Notes under the pieces: generated by a model
Told to the model about the DNA's origin: nothing
The model's database searches: none
The model's input: only the letters and a program-made list of their open reading frames with translations
Shown: positions 25,801-37,183 of the stretch, in pieces
How the letters are laid out: each line of letters starts with the position of its first letter
Position numbering within the stretch: the stretch's first letter is position 1
NCBI GenBank assembly: GCA_973895155.1
Contig: OZ316896.1
Span: 21,573,050-21,637,049 of the forward strand
Origin: Marsupella aquatica
Taxonomy: Eukaryota; Plantae; Marchantiophyta
Direction: 5' to 3'
Length of the DNA stretch: 64,000 nt
Program-made: the position numbers and the translations under genes

Positions 25801-26126
25801 GGTTATTTTGAAGACCATGTTGATAAATTGCTAGTAGATGTGATGTTATCCCAAGGAAAGAGCTGAAAATAGTGACAATTCTTGCACAAACTATAATTAC
25901 GGCCAGCAAGTTGCCAAATAACAAAAGTGTCAAACCTCGATCAATGCCAATTTAAGGTAGGAGACCCAGGGAGAAAACAAGGGAAATACCCTGGAAGAGC
26001 AAATTAAGAGCGTGTTACATTATGCTGATTAATGTGAAGCCGTCTTACCATAAAATGTTTTCTACCTCATGAGACTTTTGTCTCCCTTCAATGCAGTCCT
26101 TGTTTGATGTTTGTCCCACTTTGGAC

Positions 26127-27106
26127 GAGATGTAACTATGCTTGATGGGCCCTCAGTCTGGTGTAACTTTCTTACCTGATGGCCCCTATAGAACTTTTCT
26201 TACCTAATAAGCCTCTAGGAAACCTTTTTTACTTGATAGGCCCCCTCTTAATGAGCTGTCCTCACTGTTCTTGTGCCAAATTGTGTAGTTGACCACAACA
26301 AGCCCTATGTTGTACACTGTGTGTTTACGTCCAGTCCACCACGGTCCATGCCATAGTGAACCGTGCTCCCAACCGAGCGGCCAACAACACAGTCAACAAC
26401 AGGGTTCTAAATAGGGTGGTTTACACACTGTCTAGGATATATTACATTATGTGTTTATGTGTTCTGAGGGTTTAGGGTTGTCTCTGCTACCTGAAAATCG
26501 ATGCTCAATGCTCGGCTCTTGTCAATACTTTCAGGTTGTTAATTGAAGCCCAGTGCCTAGTGCCTAGTGACAAAAAACAAGTGCCCGATGGCCAGTGACA
26601 GAAAAAGTGCTAGTGGAAGTACCAGGATCATAACAACCGAACATGTCCTCCGAACTAATAGTCGCAGATCAAAAACATTGAGAAAACCCTGTGTGGACCA
26701 TGTGAAATTCAAAACCAAATACATAATAAATATTGTTTCACTTTGCAATTTGTGTAGCGTATGCGGTTCAAATCCGAAGACATAATTCATATTGTCTTCA
26801 CTTCACAGTTTGGGTAGCGGAGGCTGCAATTCCGCGGTTCCCCTAACCGCGTCGTTTGTCCTTTTTGTTCGACCGTGCAAGGTTGGGTGTGGGGTTTGAC
26901 GGTGCAGTTTTCCTTATAGTCATGGTTGACCATAGAGTGCTTTGGAAACGCAGTTGGTCATTGCATCAAGAAAAAATTGGTTAGAGTGACTACTAGAAGA
27001 ACAACTGACCAAAAAGTGTAACAAGGGGCCTATTAGGTGAAAAAAGTTTCATAGAGGTCCATAAGGTAAGAAAGTTACACCATAGGGCCCATCAAGCATT
27101 TACCCC
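26127..27106. mobile_element. Non-autonomous Mutator-like element (MULE, ~980 bp)
   Basis: ~90-bp TIRs sharing ATGCTTGATGGGCCCT and GGTGTAACTTTCTTACCT. Perfect 10-bp TSD CACTTTGGAC at 26117-26126 and 27107-27116. Confidence 0.88.
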
Positions 27107-28459
27107 CACTTTGGACCTCTTTTTCTTTCCTTTCATTGTAGTTTGTACTTTCCCTTTATTATAAGTTTTGGTGGAAGTCCTTTCCATCAAACATTTTGTT
27201 TGTTCTTTTGTGCTCTGTTTGGCCCTTTTCTGTAAAAAGTTTGTAATATTTTCTATTTCCATCAGAGGTTCATTTGTGCAGGCCTTTAGAACGAAAACAC
27301 TAAGATAGGAAATCATTCGGACTAAGAACGTATTGAATAAGCTGACATAGAAAATTATTAGAACAAACATTCCATATAAAAGTATCCTTGACCAAGTCAC
27401 AGATCAGATTAGATGATTGTCTACTGCCTACTGGTGCATGCTGGCCATCTCATTACGTGTGTCGTCTTTGTGCTCTGAATCTAATAATTTCAGAGGATCT
27501 TCGTGGTCACCATGCCTCAAAAGTGCCCCTCCTCCTATCCTCGGGCCACAACCCTACCAGGTCATCCGCTTGCACTCTACGTCAAGGTAAGCGGAATGTT
27601 TCCATTAGAAATGAATACATTATTAAAGCAAGCTGTTCGGGGGTCCTCCCAGGTAAGGGATAGGCGAGAATTTCTGTAGTAAAGCATTAAAAGGTTGGAT
27701 ATTTTGAACGGAGCCGAGGTTAGACACAATAGTTTAATAAAAAAGAAGAAGTAAAGGCAGTCATCCAGCTTACGGCAGTGTTCGGGGACTCCCGCACAAC
27801 AAGGCAGTTGCCCCTGTTTAAGGCTTTGGGAATGTAAATGTTTTAGTGGACCCAAAGTTCTTGAATTTAAAACATGTTCTGCACTTTTCAAGTTACATCT
27901 TTGGATTGCCAGAGTTGAGAGTTACAATAATTACTTTCTTAGATTAAAAATGAAATTGTAAATTAAGGTCATAGAAGGGCAACCTGGCTTTCTTGTCAAA
28001 CTCTTTCAATCTGGAGACAACAATGCAGCTTTCTCGTTAACACTACCCGATCCCTCTGCGATTTACTCTCCATGGAGTTGCTGTGAACATTCATGATTCA
28101 TGTTACTCTTCAGCATACTAGGAGTGCATGAAGGGTAGGGAAATTGAGGTAGACAGTGACTGACTCAGATGACATAGCAAGCAACAACAAATAACCATTC
28201 TAACCATAGTAGAGCAAATATTGTTTGAGAGTAGCTACAGACAGGCTTAGTGTCATCTCCAAGGTAGGGTGAGTAGACAATGTGGATGCGGTGATTTGCA
28301 TGACTGCTGGCAATCTGGCAGGATGTAGAAGTGCAACAGTCATGCACACCCTCCTGATTAGGCCAACTAGTACATTATTTGTGAACTGCTGTTGTTCTGG
28401 AATCCTTGTCTTAGTAACACTTGTTCTCCCCCACTTAGGGAGGATGGGATTGTTCACCC

Positions 28460-28646
28460 CAACTACAGGATTAGTTACTTCTTGGACACATATATGTAAT
28501 GTCTGTGTTTCAGTAGATGACACATCAACCCTCAGTAGCACTTGTCCTCCCCCGCTCATGGAGGATGAGATTGTTCACACCAACTACAGGATTAGTTATT
28601 AGACGCATACTTGTCATGTCTGTGTTTAGGTGGATGACACATCAAT
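28460..28646. repeat. ~120-bp tandem duplication
   Basis: CAACTACAGGATTAGTTA and ATGTCTGTGTTT..GT.GATGACACATCAA each recur about 120 bp apart. Confidence 0.75.
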
Positions 28647-29561
28647 CGCTTCGCTCTCGACCAAAGGCCGTTAATGGATGATCTTGGGTCCTCTGGGGCG
28701 TTCTTGTGCTTGGTTGACGCCCTTGGCCCTGTGGGTCTGTATTCTATTTGCTCCAGTGGTATGGTGGTTTGGAATTCATTGGGCACATTGTGGCTTTTGA
28801 ATAGAAGTGATAAGAAACAAGAAGAAGAAGAAAAAAATGGTTGTCCATTCAAACTACAAACAAAAAAACTTGAGGATGGTTTAAGGGCACTTGTCCATCT
28901 TCCATCCTAAAAAATAAGGAAATTATACCCCACTGAAAGAGCCATGCTACAAGAAGACAAGAGAATTTCCTCGAGAATATAGTCATGGGTCATCTCACAA
29001 AAGTCCATTGATGAACTTAGGCTAGAACCAAGAGGTTGCCTGTTCAGTCCCTCCTCCACATGCAAGGGTTGTGAAGGGTACATGTTTGTGTATGAGTGGG
29101 GTGTAGTGGTTGGAGTCCTGGTTTTTCCTCAGTCCCTAGGTAGTCTGCTTTGGGGCTTTTGTTCAACCCGCCCCTCCTGGTCTGGGTCCTTGCTGGATCC
29201 CTGGGTATGACCTCCTCATGCCTGAGTTAAAGTCTACCCTCTCTTAGGATGGCTTAGCTTTCGGTTTCAAGGCGAAAAAAAGAGGCTATTCATTAGGGGG
29301 TCTCAAATATGGGCCAGGGCTTGTTTCCCGGCCGTCCGAGTTAGGTTCGGGCAGACTCAGCCTTCACATTGTGCGGCAGCCCCCAGGGCAGGTCCTGACA
29401 TTGTGGTCGCCGGCTTTTAGTGTCTCCCAGTGACCTTTGCCCAGTGTGTTTCTTTTGGAAAGCGGAGCACAGCATGCAAGTATGAGCTTCTCTTTCTCTC
29501 GCCCATGCCTCTTGTCTCCCGGCGGGTGAAAATTTGAAATCCAAAATTTTTCAAAGCCCCT

Positions 29562-29830
29562 TACATAAATCCTGTCAGGAGAAGAGGTTACCGGTGTGTA
29601 ACCATTTCTGCAGGGGCCTGCTATAGTCATAATCTGTTCTCCTGAAAACTTGAACCGGTAACCTCTTTCCGGGCAGGAATTACGTACGCTAATGCAGGGC
29701 AGGGCTGGGGTTATAGTCTGTAACCTGCTCCCGGAATATTCAAAAAAACTTTCCGGCTGCCGCTGGTCAGCTTATTTTCATATTCCGGACGCAAGGTTAT
29801 AGCCTAGTAACCCTGTGCCCAGACCTGCAT
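29562..29830. repeat. Two adjacent imperfect long hairpins (foldback/MITE-like)
   Basis: 29562-29595 pairs with 29654-29686; 29692-29748 pairs with ~29775-29830. GGTTA..TAACC cores recur. Confidence 0.8.
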
Positions 29831-31024
29831 TACCCTATACATCAACCCAGGCTAGGCCCCATGGGTACAATTATGAGTGGCCCGGCCTAATTTTGCGGCC
29901 CCCCATTATTTGATTAACCTGCTGGTCCGTGGCCGCCATGCCACGCTAGCTGGCGTCATCACCAGCTATGTTTAATTGGCAACCAAGTAAAGAGGCCCTA
30001 CCACTACAAGACCCAGTCTTACTTCTGTAGTTTCTGCTTGGGACCCATGATTGACAAGCTTGAGCAAAGTATCTTCAATCTTCTCACTCTAAAAAATAAA
30101 TCAATCTCCTCACTCTACGCATCGCATCGCTCCTTCTTCTGCCCTTCGTAAAATAATCAATTGCCGCTCGGCCAATGCCAAATTGCGAATCGGGAAGCTG
30201 TTGACTCGTTCGTCTGGTAGCTTGAGAACAGTGTCTCGATGCCTCATTGCCTGCTTGCTCTCCATGTGTCTGCAGTCCCCGAGGAAGGCGGGCACTGTCT
30301 GAACTGTCAACGAAGGACCACATCAACAGCAGCAGTTCCACTCTCCCGCAAGTCAGCCCCATTCCAGACTCCAATCCTTTCAGGCCTCCATCTGGATGAC
30401 GGCTTCGAATCGTCGGACCTACAAAAGGGAGGAGGAGTTGAATCTCAATCTCCCTCACTGCTGTACCCCAACTGGACTTGTTGTGAGTTGATCGGGTGGT
30501 TGAATCGAAACATATTGGATGTAGACCTGCTGGCTTGGAGCCCACTTATGGCATATATTGGCTTTTCTTAAGCCAGGACTGCGCCGCCCACGAGAGCGGA
30601 GAGCGATCGATCGAGAGAACGTGCCGGGCAGAGACCTGAGCAGAGACAACTACTTGCCTCCAGCCTGATCGAGCAGTCGCCCCTAGAGAGGGCGATCAAC
30701 AGTCTAGAGATCGATTGAGACGTTATATAATTCATTAAGAGGTCGATCGAGAGGATGAATCAACACCAGTAGAGAGAGGCACAGTCAGAAGCTTTGTTTG
30801 TCAATTTGTCTGATTGTAGCAACTTTTTCTTATCATTAGCCACCCAGACATGACCACTTAGGCTAGCTTTTGCACTACACCTGCCCTTTAGCCAAGTCGA
30901 GTGAATTCGATGATTCAGATCGAGCTGCCATGTGCAAATCGCTCGTTCGTAACAAATTTGAGGAATTGAATTGAATTGGTCGAGGTCATTGATCTTGATT
31001 AAGAGCGGAGGAGCTCGGACGATC

Positions 31025-31792
31025 ATGGGGAACTTAGCGGTGAAGTGTGAGATGCACTGGCAGGAGAGGAAGGCGTTGACGAATTGTGTGGGAAGAGGGA
31101 CAGTGGACGTGCGCGTCGTGAAGGCAGACGGGTCGGGGGCAGAGGAGTTTGACAGGCCGGTGGTGGCAGCTGAAGTAATGTACCAGTTCCCAGATTACGT
31201 CGTAGTGCAGTCGTGCCCCGGGCACAACACAAAATTGGGCAAACGGGGACAACTCCGGGTGCTGCAGCGGCACGACGTGCTCACTCCGGGACAGATTTAC
31301 ATCCTCTTCCCAATTCCCGTCGAGGTCGTGAAGAATATCAACGCCACGGCTCGGAGATCTCGACGCATGCAGTCTACAAAGGACCGGCTCTCGCTGCTCC
31401 TGCAAAGATCGGGAATGGGGACGACTAGTGGGACAACGCCGACGACAGAGGAACAGGAACAATCACTTCGTCGTGACGAGAAGTCGACCGATGATGGGAG
31501 GTCTGAGGCCATTGAAGAAACGCAGCCGCCTTCTTTCGGAGGGTTTAGGCGAGGAGCCTGGCAACCGAAGTCATCCGCAGACGACATTCAGGAAGAGAAA
31601 GAGACTTCTGGGAAAGAGGAGGGGACATCGTCACGGATTCCTGACATGTATCTAAGTCCGTTCTTTGCCGGTAGCAGCTGGAGGCCAGCCCTGCTGAGCA
31701 TCCCCGAGTCGCCCGCGGGGTCCCCCAAGACTCCCATAGCTTTTCGTCTGATTTCCACTCGGAGTTGTCATTCAGACCAGCCCGCAGACTAA
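31025..31792 (+). CDS. DUF4228 (PADRE) domain protein, 255 aa, intronless
   Basis: MGN N-terminus, VRVVKADG..EEFDRPVVAAEVM..FP, LTPGQIYILFP and C-terminal WRPALLSIPE motif, all typical of DUF4228. Confidence 0.9.
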   Translation: MGNLAVKCEMHWQERKALTNCVGRGTVDVRVVKADGSGAEEFDRPVVAAEVMYQFPDYVVVQSCPGHNTKLGKRGQLRVLQRHDVLTPGQIYILFPIPVEVVKNINATARRSRRMQSTKDRLSLLLQRSGMGTTSGTTPTTEEQEQSLRRDEKSTDDGRSEAIEETQPPSFGGFRRGAWQPKSSADDIQEEKETSGKEEGTSSRIPDMYLSPFFAGSSWRPALLSIPESPAGSPKTPIAFRLISTRSCHSDQPAD

Positions 31793-34700
31793 ATGACAAA
31801 TTGAGGATCGAGGCCGTCTTGTATGGATTCATTCCGGTTTCAGAATGCGGCCCGTGAGTTTTAACTCTTCAAAAAATTCGACTCCGAGGCCATGCTCACT
31901 AGTCCTGTTGTGCAACAGTACATTGAGCACCGCTTGTGGAAGGTTGGATCGTAGCAACCAGGTAGCAGAGACTTTCTCCGAGCGACAAAGATTTTCCATG
32001 GACAAGCTAGGGGTACATCTACTCATTTTGGGAAGTCATGGAAAGCTTCATAGGACCAGATCTTTGATGTAATGTTTGGTGCGATTGGTCGGCGAGAGTG
32101 ACTCTGCTCTGAGGGTTGGATTCAGCGAGTGAAACAGATGCCAAAGGTTGGCTGTTCGTAGTGGGAAACTGTTCTGTAAACCATAACCTCATTTTGAAAG
32201 ATTACTGGTCATTGGACGCCATAGGACTGATTCTGTATCCACTGGCTTGCCGATGAGATGAAAAATTCTAGAGCAATTCCTACACAAGCAGAAGAGCAAC
32301 GACAGTACTCTTCTGCTCTAGAGGTGATGTCACGAACTAAGGTAAAAGCCCTGGCGCCCAGATCCGGATCGGATGCAATCTTGCAATTGCATTGACTGCG
32401 GTTGGAAGCTGAGTCATATGCGCTGAAACTGGAAGTCACCATCGATTAACTTGTCAACAGCTTGAAAAGTTTTAGGACAGCTGTATTGCGGGCTTACTTT
32501 AAAACATCTCGAAGGTGGCTGCTATCTTTCCTACTTTCCTGTGGGCACAGTAGACTGGTCGAGAGACTGGCCTGAGAGGAAAGCAAAGCTGAGGTGGGAT
32601 TTTCCGTGCACGTTGGCGTCTACAACAAAAGCAAGGTCAAGAGCAGAAGCCGCGTCTCCTCGAAAGCTAGATGATTTCAAAGAGGAAAGGTTGGGTCTCT
32701 TTCACGGCAATTCATTCGACGCCGGAGCACACGGTTTAGGGACTACAATTAATGTTTCTTCGAACTACCGTAGTCGGATGCAGACGAGCAACCTAGTCGC
32801 CTCCGATGAAATTGGGGCACCATCCTGTGTCTAAACGTTTTGATTATGCGGCAGCAACAGGGTCCCCTTGAGTAGCAGCAAAGTTTCTCATTCACTGTGG
32901 ACAGCTGACTTTGAGGTAGGTACCACTGCAGAATGCATGCCGATCAAGTTTGTGCCGCCATGTGCAGCCAAGTTCGAAGAGTTGATTGATTGCTCACAAA
33001 CTTTCATTTGGTGGCAACATATGTTGAGAGAGGATGAAAATTGTAGCCCGAATCAGTCCTGAACGTGTCTATTGTATAGGTCACGTATGCAAGCTAGACG
33101 TTACTTCTATAGGCAACCACGTTTACATTGCTGGGCTACACCAAGCAAAGCAGTACGGTCTAATGGAGCCGTATGAAAACAGATGCTCCACTGTAAATGA
33201 ACAGAAGTCGGAACTCTTCACCAGTGCATCATACCACGAATATATTTAGAGTGATTTGGCTGCCAATGATATAAAACCTTTAGTGACTACAAGCAGAACA
33301 CTATCTCAATTGGGTGATCGACAGTATTGAAGGTTGGGAAGAGCCAATCTTTGTATTACCTTTTTCACGATTTCTAAGAAGGTGACAATTTGTAGTCTTA
33401 TCCCATTCTATGGACGTACTTGTAACGGCACTTCCCTTCATCATTTGACTAGAGTTTTTAAGGCTGAACGTCATCTAGAAAGATGTGCGACACACAAGAC
33501 GTTGTCTCTCCCCAAATGCCACATTGAAGTAAACAATCATGACGACGACAAACCCATATGCAGATTGAGTTCCTTAGCACCAAATGACCCATTCCACCTC
33601 ATCCACAAGAACCACAAGTATCTATGAGGTCAGTAAAACGAAATGCAGAACTTTATACAAATATGGAACACACCTTTAACACCCATGGTAATACTTTAGG
33701 AACAAAAAACAAATGTTTGAATGAGTGAACTAAGGCGAAACTCAGTAAGCCATTGCATTACCACATGATTGTTTAGTAAGACGAGAAACTTCCCAGGTAC
33801 GCTTTGCCAACAAGTTATTTACTAGAAGCTTTATAAGTGCTCACTTCAACGGATAGTAAGCCTTCCATCTGGTGTTCACATTGGAATGCTGACCAAACTC
33901 ATTATACGGATTATTAGACTGCAATTGCCCAAAAGAGTCTATGCGACAAAGAACCATTCCACAAGACCAAATTGATCTTCAAGGTCTGCTTGGTTGTAGG
34001 TTTTGCCCAATTCCATCCTATCTGTAACTTCCATTGTTCAAATGCCCAACCATTCTCAAGAACACGATCAGTCAATCATTTCAATTCTCTCTAAAAACAT
34101 CCCGCCTCAACCTCACAACGCAACACAACACAAAGTTACAGACACTAGACACTCCTCCCTATTATTGGACACCATCATTCCCACGGCCCATCAGAAAACA
34201 ACCACCCAGCTTTAGACATATTGTCCTCTCGAAGGCCATGATCACCCCCAGACCGTTTAGTGAAACAGACAACCACGAAGCTTTACAGACATTCGAGCCT
34301 ATGAAAGGCTAACCCACAGACTTGAGGAAACACAAGACCACCAAGCAGTATTTCCTTTATTTCCTGTTGACCAAGAGTACGGTAAGCCATAGAATCCTAT
34401 GAGAAAATTAGATTTCGAAGTTGTGCATGCACAGTTAAGTCTCTCTGCCAAAGTCCTGACTGAGTCACTGAGAGAGTTGCGCCCATTTCAGCACGCCTCC
34501 AAACATGTCTGTTCCTGGGCTCCTACTTTCCCCAGCAAAAAGGACGGGAACTTAAAGACTCATGGATGCATTATTAGCATCAAGACATTCTGAGAAGTGG
34601 CTCCGGAAGTGGTCCAAAACTCAAATGCCTGGTCCCTTCGATGCAGCCGCTTACCGTCTATAGCGGAGTCTTCATAACAAAGGCAAGAGCCGCCTAACTT

Positions 34701-34885
34701 CCCTCTTAATTCTAAACTGACAGTATTCACATATATTCACAGGTTCGTTACTTTCTAGAACGGTGAGATGCATTTCGGAGAAGCCAGGAAAACCCTCGAT
34801 CACATCAGCTCGGTTTAGCTGCAATAATCGAGCCTGACGGAGATTATTCATGACGTTCGTCGCGGCACTGTACATATCACCTGCA

Positions 34886-37147
34886 TCAGCGGACTTCAAC
34901 CGGTGCAGGAGCGCTGAATAGAGTCTCTGGATCTTCCTTACCGACTTCGTTCAGAACGTCCAGTTTGTCATTGTGGGAGTGGGTGAATCCGATACTGCGC
35001 TCATACGCAACAGTGTCCCTCGTCCTATATGCAATCACCCAAGCGCGTCTCCAATTGTCGGCGCTGGAGTTGCCTCCAGAACCATGGATGGTTCTCTCAT
35101 GGTGTACGGTTACATCGCCCCGGTTGATTATGGCAGGAACAGGCTTATCGTTCTCATTCAGCGTCGCAGCGAGAATGTGGGACTTGTCTCGGTCTCCATG
35201 GAATGGTACATGAGGCCGCAGTGCTTGCTCGCGGTGTGTTCCTGCAAGACAGTCAGGGCAGTTCAGGCAAGCCAATTCAAGAAATCGAACCCATTAACGA
35301 ATGACTAGTGAGTTTAGGTCAAGGCTCTTATTTTAGCATTTGACCTCCAGTATCCCCACACTTTCATTTGATTATGAAGCCGGTCCATTCCAACGAAGCA
35401 ACCAATGCATAGATGAATGAAGAATAAATTGGGTTGTCAGTTTACGCCTACTACGGGAAGCACCCGCTTCCGGGTCTTGATCTCCAATTGCTTCAATTTG
35501 ACCAGAGAGTCAAGTGAATCCAACCTCCAATTAGTGGATGAATTAGTACTGTTTTTAAGATGAAAATTCTCATGGCAGCACCCTTTTTAGGTTTTTAACC
35601 TCCCATCTGTCTGCTCCCTTCAATGTGAGTATCAAGCCAAGTAAATCCAACCTTCCGATCACCGGATAAACTGCTGCATTTTTCAGGGAAAGTCTCTTGA
35701 GCGTACAGCACCGTTTTTAAGTAATGATCTCCCATACCCCGCCTTTCAATTCGAGTATTTCCACCTCGTGGGAGCAGAGATTAAAACTCACAGGTCGCCA
35801 GTGTGTCAAGCATATCAATAATTATGTTCCAAGTGAAACAGAACACGGAAACATGTGTTGTTAAAGCTAACTTTGAAAGGGGTAGACGGCTGTGAGAGAA
35901 CCTGGAACGAACTGGATGCAACCGTTTTCCATGCTGCTGTTATCGATGGCCAACCAGAACGATGCCGTTCTCGTGTCTTTGGTTACAGGCCAGTACGCCA
36001 AGTCCTGGTGCCTGCAACATCAAGTTTTGACACTTATGTTTCCATTCATATGAACCACAGAAATAGAGTGACTTGTATCTCAAAATCTATCACAACATTT
36101 CTGAACTTTACTTCAATTTCGGTCCATGAGAACGAGTGAGAAACATGACGTTGCGAATCGAGTCAGTTCTAATAAACATAAATTTCCACAAGCACAACCA
36201 AAGAAAATTCCTTAGAAAGCCCAAGCAGTCAATAAATCACTTGTTCCATGGGTGCAGACGTTAGAGTATTAACAAACAGGAAGACAAAAAGAGCCATGAG
36301 TTAAGAGGATTACCAGTGGAACACTCCATCAGGCTTTCCAGGTACTTTGGCGAGTAGCTGATCGTAATCAAAAACCATGTCTGCTCCTTGCAGCTGATCT
36401 GCGACCGAAGCAGCACGCTGTTCGTAAATACTTCCCCTCAAATACGGCCTGTACCTAATCGCTCGAACAAAACGTAAGGCGAATGTAGTCAGTAACTCAA
36501 ATGGTGCATAATGGTTCGTTCAGGGGAGGGATAAGCGAACTTCTAACTGGTCTAACAAGAAGGTTGTGGTGCAGTGTGGAGTAAGGAGAGGCGAGTTCGG
36601 GGGAAAGAGAATTGAGTTCTAACTTGGACGGAAGCAGAATGTTGATGATGGAGAACTCTTCAAGAGGCTTGGAGTACGCAGCAGACATGTCACAAAAATC
36701 TCGGCCTTGCACTGGCACTTCTCGCCTGAGAAAGGCCATGTACTCGTCTTCCAACTGCTTCAATTCGGCTTCGGATAGGAAACCCTGTATTCAATAAAAA
36801 TCGATCACAATGAAAGACCGTTCCGTCAAAGTTTACAAAGCGAGATGACGAAAAGTAGTCTCAAATCAACTACAAGTAAGATACAAGAAGCGCCACGACG
36901 TCGATCTCCCAAACGATGACACAATCGGTGCGTATCTCTCGAGTGAAGGACTTGGCGTCCCCACACACGAGAGCTCAGCGTATTGACCGACAGTCAACCG
37001 GGGCTCAAAAGAGGGTGCTCCTCTAGCTATGGGTCGAATAATCACCTTAAGATGTACAAACCCATTTGTTCTGAAGCTCTCTTTGTCTTCTGGCGTCAGT
37101 TTGTAGCTCCCTCCATCACGCCGGGCTGCTCCCTGATCTTCCACCAT
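34886..37147 (-). CDS. Phytanoyl-CoA dioxygenase (PhyH) family Fe(II)/2-oxoglutarate dioxygenase, 289 aa
   Basis: Five GT-AG exons in phase: 37147-37046, 36784-36624, 36454-36314, 36011-35902, 35241-34886 (870 nt). Motifs FRTNGFVHLKGFLS, FHWHQDLAYW (HxD), ENGCIQFVPGTH, GDVTVH..TIHGSGGN, WRRAW. Confidence 0.93.
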
Positions 37148-37158
37148 GGCTCCGAACA

Positions 37159-37183
37159 CTTCTTCTTCTTCTTCTTCTTCTTC
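37159..37183. repeat. (CTT)n/(GAA)n microsatellite in the PhyH 5' leader
   Basis: About 8 CTT units immediately upstream of the ATG. Confidence 0.9.

Noticed and set aside
30971-31024. N-terminal extension of the DUF4228 ORF
   Set aside because: It starts at TTG; MGN at 31025 is the family-typical start.
34000-34320. Possible RTE/LINE C-terminal remnant
   Set aside because: Only vague compositional resemblance; no diagnostic motif.
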